DNA from: Oculatellaceae cyanobacterium bins.114 | GTDB lineage: Bacteria > Cyanobacteriota > Cyanobacteriia > Elainellales > Elainellaceae | Reading direction: 5' to 3' | Assembly (NCBI GenBank): GCA_033764315.1 | Contig: JANRJA010000180.1 | Location: forward strand, 1-13,641 | DNA length: 13,641 bases | The notes under the pieces: model-generated | Database searches by the model: none | The model's input: only the letters and a program-made list of their open reading frames with translations | What the model was told of the DNA's origin: nothing | In this document: piece after piece, positions 8,175-13,641 of the stretch | Layout: each line of letters starts with the position of its first letter | How positions within the stretch are numbered: the first letter of the stretch is position 1 | Made by a program: the position numbers and the translations under genes

Positions 8175-8945
8175 ATGCAGCATTATTCAGGCAAAGTTTA
8201 TTTAGTGGGTGCGGGTCCTGGCGATCCTGGCTTGTTTACTTTAAAGGGCAAAGCATTACTCGAACATGCTGATGTGGTGGTTTATGATGCCCTCGTCAGC
8301 CCTCAGATTTTAGCCATGATTGGTAGTCAAGCAGAAACGATTGATGCTGGCAAGCGACGAGGGCGACACTCAATGTTGCAAGAGGAGATTACGGCAGTAT
8401 TGATCGAAAAAGCCAAGACTCACGCGGTTGTGGTGCGTCTAAAGGGGGGCGACCCCTTTATGTTTGGTCGTGGTGGTGAAGAGATGGAAGACCTGATCGC
8501 GGCTGGAATCCCCGTTGAAGTAGTGCCGGGAATTACCTCTGGAGTGGCGGCCCCTGCTTATGCTGGAATTCCGTTAACCCATCGTTCTTATAGCTCTTCA
8601 GTCACCTTTGTCACCGGACACGAATCAGCAGGCAAATATCGTCCGGCAGTCAATTGGCAGGCGATCGCTAACGGTTCAGAAACCATCGTAATCTACATGG
8701 GAGTGCACAACTTACCATACATCATTGAGCAGTTGCATACTGCTGGACTGTCCCTAGAAACACCGATTGCTTTAGTTCGCTGGGGTACATGCCCGACTCA
8801 AGAAGAACTAATTGGCACACTTGCAACCATCGTGCAACAAATTGAAGTAACCGGATTTGCGGCTCCGGCAATCGCTGTCATTGGTTCGGTGGTCAATCTG
8901 CATGAGGTTTTGTCGCAGGACAATCATCACTTAGAAGTTCTCTAA
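8175..8945 (+). CDS. cobA: Uroporphyrinogen-III C-methyltransferase
   Basis: VYLVGAGPGDPGL.TLKG, VVYDALV, VVRLKGGDPFMFGRGGEE, VPGITS, GIPLTHR and FVTGH. Confidence 0.96.
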   Translation: MQHYSGKVYLVGAGPGDPGLFTLKGKALLEHADVVVYDALVSPQILAMIGSQAETIDAGKRRGRHSMLQEEITAVLIEKAKTHAVVVRLKGGDPFMFGRGGEEMEDLIAAGIPVEVVPGITSGVAAPAYAGIPLTHRSYSSSVTFVTGHESAGKYRPAVNWQAIANGSETIVIYMGVHNLPYIIEQLHTAGLSLETPIALVRWGTCPTQEELIGTLATIVQQIEVTGFAAPAIAVIGSVVNLHEVLSQDNHHLEVL

Positions 8946-9035
8946 AGCTATCTGTACAAAGGCAATATAAAGGCGATCGCCAATTTCCACCCTTGTCAAA
9001 CAATTGCCGTTCATGGGCAAGCATTGAAATAGACA

Positions 9036-9078
9036 GGGGTGGCTGTGCAGGGCTATTCCAGGATTCCACAGCCTCCCC
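9036..9078. terminator. GC-rich stem-loop downstream of cobA
   Basis: GGGGTGGCTGTG-N19-CACAGCCTCCCC (11/12 paired). There is no clear U-tract. Confidence 0.35.
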
Positions 9079-9238
9079 AGAGAGTCACGTTGCTCTAGAT
9101 TTATTAGCTCTACACAGTTCCTTGACATAGCCCATTTTGAAAAATCGAATTAACCCGATAGGGTGAGGCACATCTCTATTAAAAGAGCTTAATATCTTTG
9201 CCAACTGCTTCTAAAGCTTTACTTCAGGAGGCGAAGCC

Positions 9239-9514
9239 ATGATACGGAATGACAGCGATCGATACATGATGAATATAACTGCTGCCAACACTATCAAGGC
9301 TTCTGTACGTGTGCAAATGGTGCGCTTAATGACTCGAATGCAGCAACGATGGAGCCATCCACTGCAACCTCACACCACACCTCCAACAACAGCACAATTA
9401 ACCCATCATCAACAAGAATTTTGGCGACGACAAGCTGTTTGGAATGCCATCCACCTGTTGTTGAGTCCCCCTGCCACAATCGTCCATCCAGTCTACACAG
9501 TTGTAGTGGCATAA
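9239..9514 (+). CDS. Hypothetical protein (91 aa)
   Basis: Perfect AGGAGG RBS at 9226-9231, 7 nt before the ATG. No recognisable domain. Confidence 0.5.
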   Translation: MIRNDSDRYMMNITAANTIKASVRVQMVRLMTRMQQRWSHPLQPHTTPPTTAQLTHHQQEFWRRQAVWNAIHLLLSPPATIVHPVYTVVVA

Positions 9515-10050
9515 GACTATTCACAGTCACGGCATCACAGTTAGGTATTTGTTGAAGCTGATATAGATCACAACTTCGTCTTGACCCATCAAGATAGTTG
9601 ATTAGCGATCGCATTTTACTCATCCAGATACTGTCTATTGGCTGTTGTACTCAACAGTGAATGAAGTTCTGGCTTGTCATTGCTGACTCTTGAAACTATA
9701 TGGTTTAGGATTGCTGCTTAAGTCGGACAAAAGATCAGCAGTATATCGCAATTCAGTTTGTTGTAGTAATTTACTGCAACTGTTTCATCAGCAATTGATA
9801 ACTGACATAACACAAATAATCAGTCATCTGACTCTAAATCAGAACTGATAGAAGTGTGATGTAATCAAGCGACTGCTACTGTTCTAACAACGCTTGAACA
9901 TAATCTGAACCGTGGGGCAATTCTTCATTAAACCTTTCAATCATGTGACTCAAGAGGTTTTTTAAAAGACCTTTTTGAGTATTTCAGCTATTGCTTTAAG
10001 CCTTGTGTAGGACAAGCATTGACAACCCCCTCAGAATTTAAGGATTCATC

Positions 10051-10398
10051 ATGAATACGAGAGCAGATGCGAGAGCAAAGTGGATTCTCTATAAAGAATT
10101 AGAACTCATTCCAGATACCTGGGAAGAGCCAAAATTAAGTCATGTCAACCTTCGTAATTGGTTAACTCAAACCTGGAATCTAATAATCGATTGGGTGGCA
10201 GGTAATCCTGAACCTAAAATCTGGTCAACGATTGACAAAACAGGAGCAATTTGTTGGCACATCTATGATCCAGTAAGTCATGAGTCGGCTTGTTTTTCAT
10301 CAGAGTCAGAGGTGATCGACTGGATGGAAAGACGATACTATCGCTCTGATACAGCATCACCCTATCCTGGAGTTAATGAGCCTTGGCGAAATTGGTAA
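10051..10398 (+). CDS. Trp-rich hypothetical protein, cyanobacterial type
   Basis: AAGGA RBS. The EPKIW...D..G...WHIYDP.S.....F.SE.EV..W.E.RYY pattern is one I associate with cyanobacterial hypotheticals. Confidence 0.8.
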   Translation: MNTRADARAKWILYKELELIPDTWEEPKLSHVNLRNWLTQTWNLIIDWVAGNPEPKIWSTIDKTGAICWHIYDPVSHESACFSSESEVIDWMERRYYRSDTASPYPGVNEPWRNW

Positions 10399-10462
10399 GG
10401 CAGATTGGCTAAAATAAATTGGCCAAAATTGACTACAACTGTTACGTCAATGGTTAGTAGGT

Positions 10463-10486
10463 CTGCTGCATAAACTGCTGCATAAA
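10463..10486. repeat. Perfect 12-bp tandem duplication (CTGCTGCATAAA x2)
   Basis: Directly visible in the sequence. Confidence 0.9.
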
Positions 10487-10503
10487 TTGATGGGTTAAGA
10501 GCG

Positions 10504-10538
10504 TGAATCGTTGTGTAGTTTAGCCACACAACGATTCA
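10504..10538 (+). terminator. Perfect 13-bp stem-loop, probable terminator
   Basis: TGAATCGTTGTGT-N9-ACACAACGATTCA, about 105 nt after the stop at 10398. Confidence 0.55.
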
Positions 10539-10566
10539 TCCTAAAAGTCTAGTGGGAGTGTGAAAC

Positions 10567-10604
10567 TTGCAACCCAGAAGTTTGTAACTCAGAAGTTTGC
10601 AACC
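10567..10604. repeat. Imperfect 15-bp tandem repeat, 2.5 copies
   Basis: TTGCAACCCAGAAGT / TTGTAACTCAGAAGT / TTGCAACC. Confidence 0.8.
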
Positions 10605-10806
10605 AACGTGAACTGAGGTATTGCATCTCTTGTAATAACCCACTTACCACGGATGCGTTGATGAGACAGCGAGACAAGAGTTAAAACGGGTTCAAATTTA
10701 ACTCAGAACCCTGAAGGATGTTGTTTTTTATCTTAAAATAGGAAACGTCTACTCTATCGGCTGCTCTCGTCCCATAGATTTTATTCAATATATCTCTTTG
10801 CATTTT

Positions 10807-11526
10807 ATGCCTGCAAAGTCATCTCCCTATCAACCTCTGCTCCTGCGAATTTTACACGGACTCATAGGTTTAAGTGTTCTACTCGCGATTCTGAGTGCTT
10901 ATTGGACTTATGAGACTTATGATGGGCGTTGGCTTTCACTTGGGTTGCCTGACTTCAAGGCAATCGAGGGCATTCACGGCACCTTTGGTTTATGGGCATT
11001 GCTCATCTTCCCTGCCTTTGTGATATATGCGTTTCGTCGTGGGCAACAGCGATTGCTACAACCTGACTCTTTTGCCAAATTGACGCAATTGGGGCGTCCT
11101 ATCGGGTGGTACAGTCTCCACCGACTGGTTAATACCCTGACAATTTTGGCACTCACCTTTGCTTTGTTTTCAGGCAAGATGATGGATGAAACCTGGTTGC
11201 CTAACGGAGAACTCAACCATGCCTGGTATTACGCTCACTTGATCTCGTGGGTTGTCATGGTTGGGTGTATTGCCCTACATGTTCTCATGGGGGCAAAGAT
11301 AGGTGGTTCCCCACTGCTTTTGTCTATGGTGACGTGGCAGGTTCGAGAAAAAGACAGTCCTTGGCTCTGGCGAACCCATATCTCAGCTTGGTGGTCGTCT
11401 ACTCAAGCGATTTCCCTGCGCAAGTGGCTATCTGTCGTGGTGCAGCTATCTGACGTCTATCGGGTGTTAGAGGCGATCGTCCTGGTGAGCCTGGTCGCCG
11501 CCTGGATTATTCCTCTCTTTAAGTAA
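10807..11526 (+). CDS. Cytochrome b/b6-domain (Ni-hydrogenase cyt b/b561-like) membrane protein
   Basis: PYQPLLLRILHG start, several TM helices with His at heme-ligand-like positions (ILHG, GIHG, YAHL, ALHV). ATG 10807 is preferred over TTG 10798. Confidence 0.8.
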   Translation: MPAKSSPYQPLLLRILHGLIGLSVLLAILSAYWTYETYDGRWLSLGLPDFKAIEGIHGTFGLWALLIFPAFVIYAFRRGQQRLLQPDSFAKLTQLGRPIGWYSLHRLVNTLTILALTFALFSGKMMDETWLPNGELNHAWYYAHLISWVVMVGCIALHVLMGAKIGGSPLLLSMVTWQVREKDSPWLWRTHISAWWSSTQAISLRKWLSVVVQLSDVYRVLEAIVLVSLVAAWIIPLFK

Positions 11527-11741
11527 TGTGTAGATTGTAATTTTTGGGCTATGGTTGATTATCGGGTCTAGCCATCGTCCTAACCAACTCTTCAATGGCT
11601 GTAAAATGCTGAACCTCTCTAAATTGGGCTAAGTGGGGATAAATACCAAAAATGTCTCTATATTCCTCCAGAACTGTGTGCAATTGTTACAACAATGTCA
11701 ACACTTTCAAAGAAATGAGAATTGATGTATTGATCCCATGA

Positions 11742-12746
<1,005 letters not shown>

Positions 12747-12795
12747 GCTCTGGTGCTTTGGCTCACAAGCCTCTGAGAGTGAATCTGGACACTTA

Positions 12796-12941
12796 GTACA
12801 GCACGCCATAAATAGGGTGCGGAATTTGGGGTGCAGGGGCTTCATCGTTAGCTCAACCGAACAGTGGAACCCCTAGCTGGAAAGCTTTACCCTCAAAACC
12901 CTCTGGTTTTATTTCCAAACCCTATCTGTGAATAACAGGAC
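12796..12941. mobile_element. MITE A1 (146 bp), flanked by TTA
   Basis: TTA|GTACAGCACG...ATAGGG...CCCTAT...CAGGAC|TTA. Homologous to A2, with a 29-bp identical block at 12904-12932 and 13152-13180. Confidence 0.75.
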
Positions 12942-12944
12942 TTA

Positions 12945-13066
12945 GGATCGTAGATTAAATAACCTCAGAAACCTCACCCCGCTTACGGCTCCCCTCTCCA
13001 AGTCGGAGAGGGTCAGGGGGAGAGGTCAGTTTAACAAAAAAATCGATGTGATTTAATTTGCGTTCC
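12945..13066. mobile_element. MITE B (122 bp) with 16-bp imperfect TIRs, flanked by TTA, carrying a REP-like hairpin
   Basis: GGATCGTAGATTAAAT versus the reverse complement of the right end, GGAACGCAAATTAAAT (13/16). Internal hairpin ACCTCACCCC...CCCTCTCC-aagtc-GGAGAGGG...GGGGAGAGGT at 12971-13026. Confidence 0.7.
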
Positions 13067-13069
13067 TTA

Positions 13070-13189
13070 GTACAACTCGTCGTAAATAGGGGTGGGAATT
13101 TGGGGTGCCGGGGTGAAACCCCTGGCTGGGGGCGCAGCCCCCACACCCCCTTGGTTTTATTTCCAAACCCTATCTGTGAAAAGCAGTAC
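13070..13189. mobile_element. MITE A2 (120 bp), flanked by TTA
   Basis: TTA|GTAC...GTAC|TTA with an imperfect TIR of about 31 bp (about 21/31). Internal hairpins GGGG-TGAAA-CCCC and TGGGGGC-GCA-GCCCCCA. Confidence 0.78.
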
Positions 13190-13259
13190 TTAGTTGCTAT
13201 GGGCAGGTTGAGTTAAAACCTTTTCAAGATGGAAGATTCATCCTGAAATCGCCCGTATA

Positions 13260-13507
13260 TTATTTGAGTTCTTTGACTGTGCCTGACATCACATCTTGAG
13301 AGCGGTTAATTTTTTGTATTAGACCTTGATATTGACTTAGCTCTTGGTTCAGCTTCTGCTGCATCCAAACTTCAAAGAGTTCATCGAGTAATCGTTGTTG
13401 AGTAACAACATTTAACTGTGCAGGAATGAATTGCTCTACGCGAATTAGAATAATCCAATCTTCTAGTTGAATTGGAGCACGAACTCGCTTAGGCAAGCTT
13501 GTTCTTA
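13260..13507 (-). pseudogene. 3' fragment of a PpiC-type peptidylprolyl isomerase-like gene interrupted by an IS
   Basis: The reading (L)RTSLPKRVRAPIQLEDWIILIRVEQFIPAQL....QQRLLDELFEVWMQQKL resembles the C-terminus of cyanobacterial PpiC-like proteins. Upstream the frame runs into the IS end and meets a stop at 13512-13514. Confidence 0.7.
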
Positions 13508-13641
13508 GAACCTATCCGAAAACGTCTCAATGGGTGAGATGCTTTTAAGAAGGATGTTTCAGGGATTAACGAGCGATGTCCTTCACAGAGATCAACCCTG
13601 CCTATCGATTGCCAGATGAGGTATGGGAACGGGTTCATCAT
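13508..13641 (+). mobile_element. Left end of an IS5-family insertion sequence (IS1031/IS427-like), truncated by the window edge
   Basis: The junction TTA|GAACCTATCCGAAAA falls where the PpiC-like similarity ends, and a transposase start follows. Confidence 0.7.
13576..13641 (+). CDS. IS5-family transposase N-terminus (partial)
   Basis: MSFTEINPAYRLPDEVWERVHH matches the 'L.DE.WE.I' N-terminal motif of IS5-family (DUF4096-type) transposases. The frame is open to the window end. Confidence 0.7.
   Translation, partial: MSFTEINPAYRLPDEVWERVHH

Noticed and set aside
12955..13146. 63-aa minus-strand ORF
   Set aside because: It is a translation of MITE/REP hairpin sequence (the SPPDPLRLGEG pattern is typical of repeat-derived spurious ORFs).
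12792..13193. CRISPR array or integron attC cassette array
   Set aside because: There are only two copies of the 29-bp block, embedded in longer homologous units with TIRs. No repeat-spacer periodicity, cas genes, integrase or GTTRRRY cores were seen.

Overview
Cyanobacterial chromosomal DNA, judged from about 16 HIP1 GCGATCGC octamers counted by eye and a light-dependent POR gene. Both edges fall inside IS5-family elements: a transposase 3' end and right end at 1-131, and a left end with transposase start at 13508-13641 that interrupts a PpiC-like gene. The interior holds a minus-strand stress-type cluster (two small hypotheticals, PfpI/DJ-1-ferritin fusion, SRPBCC protein, LEA-like protein, Zn-dependent formaldehyde/alcohol dehydrogenase) divergent from a DUF2243-like gene and an SDR. 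These are followed by cobA, two small hypotheticals, a cytochrome b-like membrane protein and por. The most interesting unannotated structures are (i) three MITE-like elements stacked end to end, separated by CTTAG/TTA junctions and each carrying a GC-rich hairpin (12792-13193), (ii) a second MITE/REP cluster at about 1187-1346, and (iii) a 36-aa hydrophobic sORF (799-909) with a strong RBS behind a structured leader. All family assignments come from motif recognition only; no database search was run.
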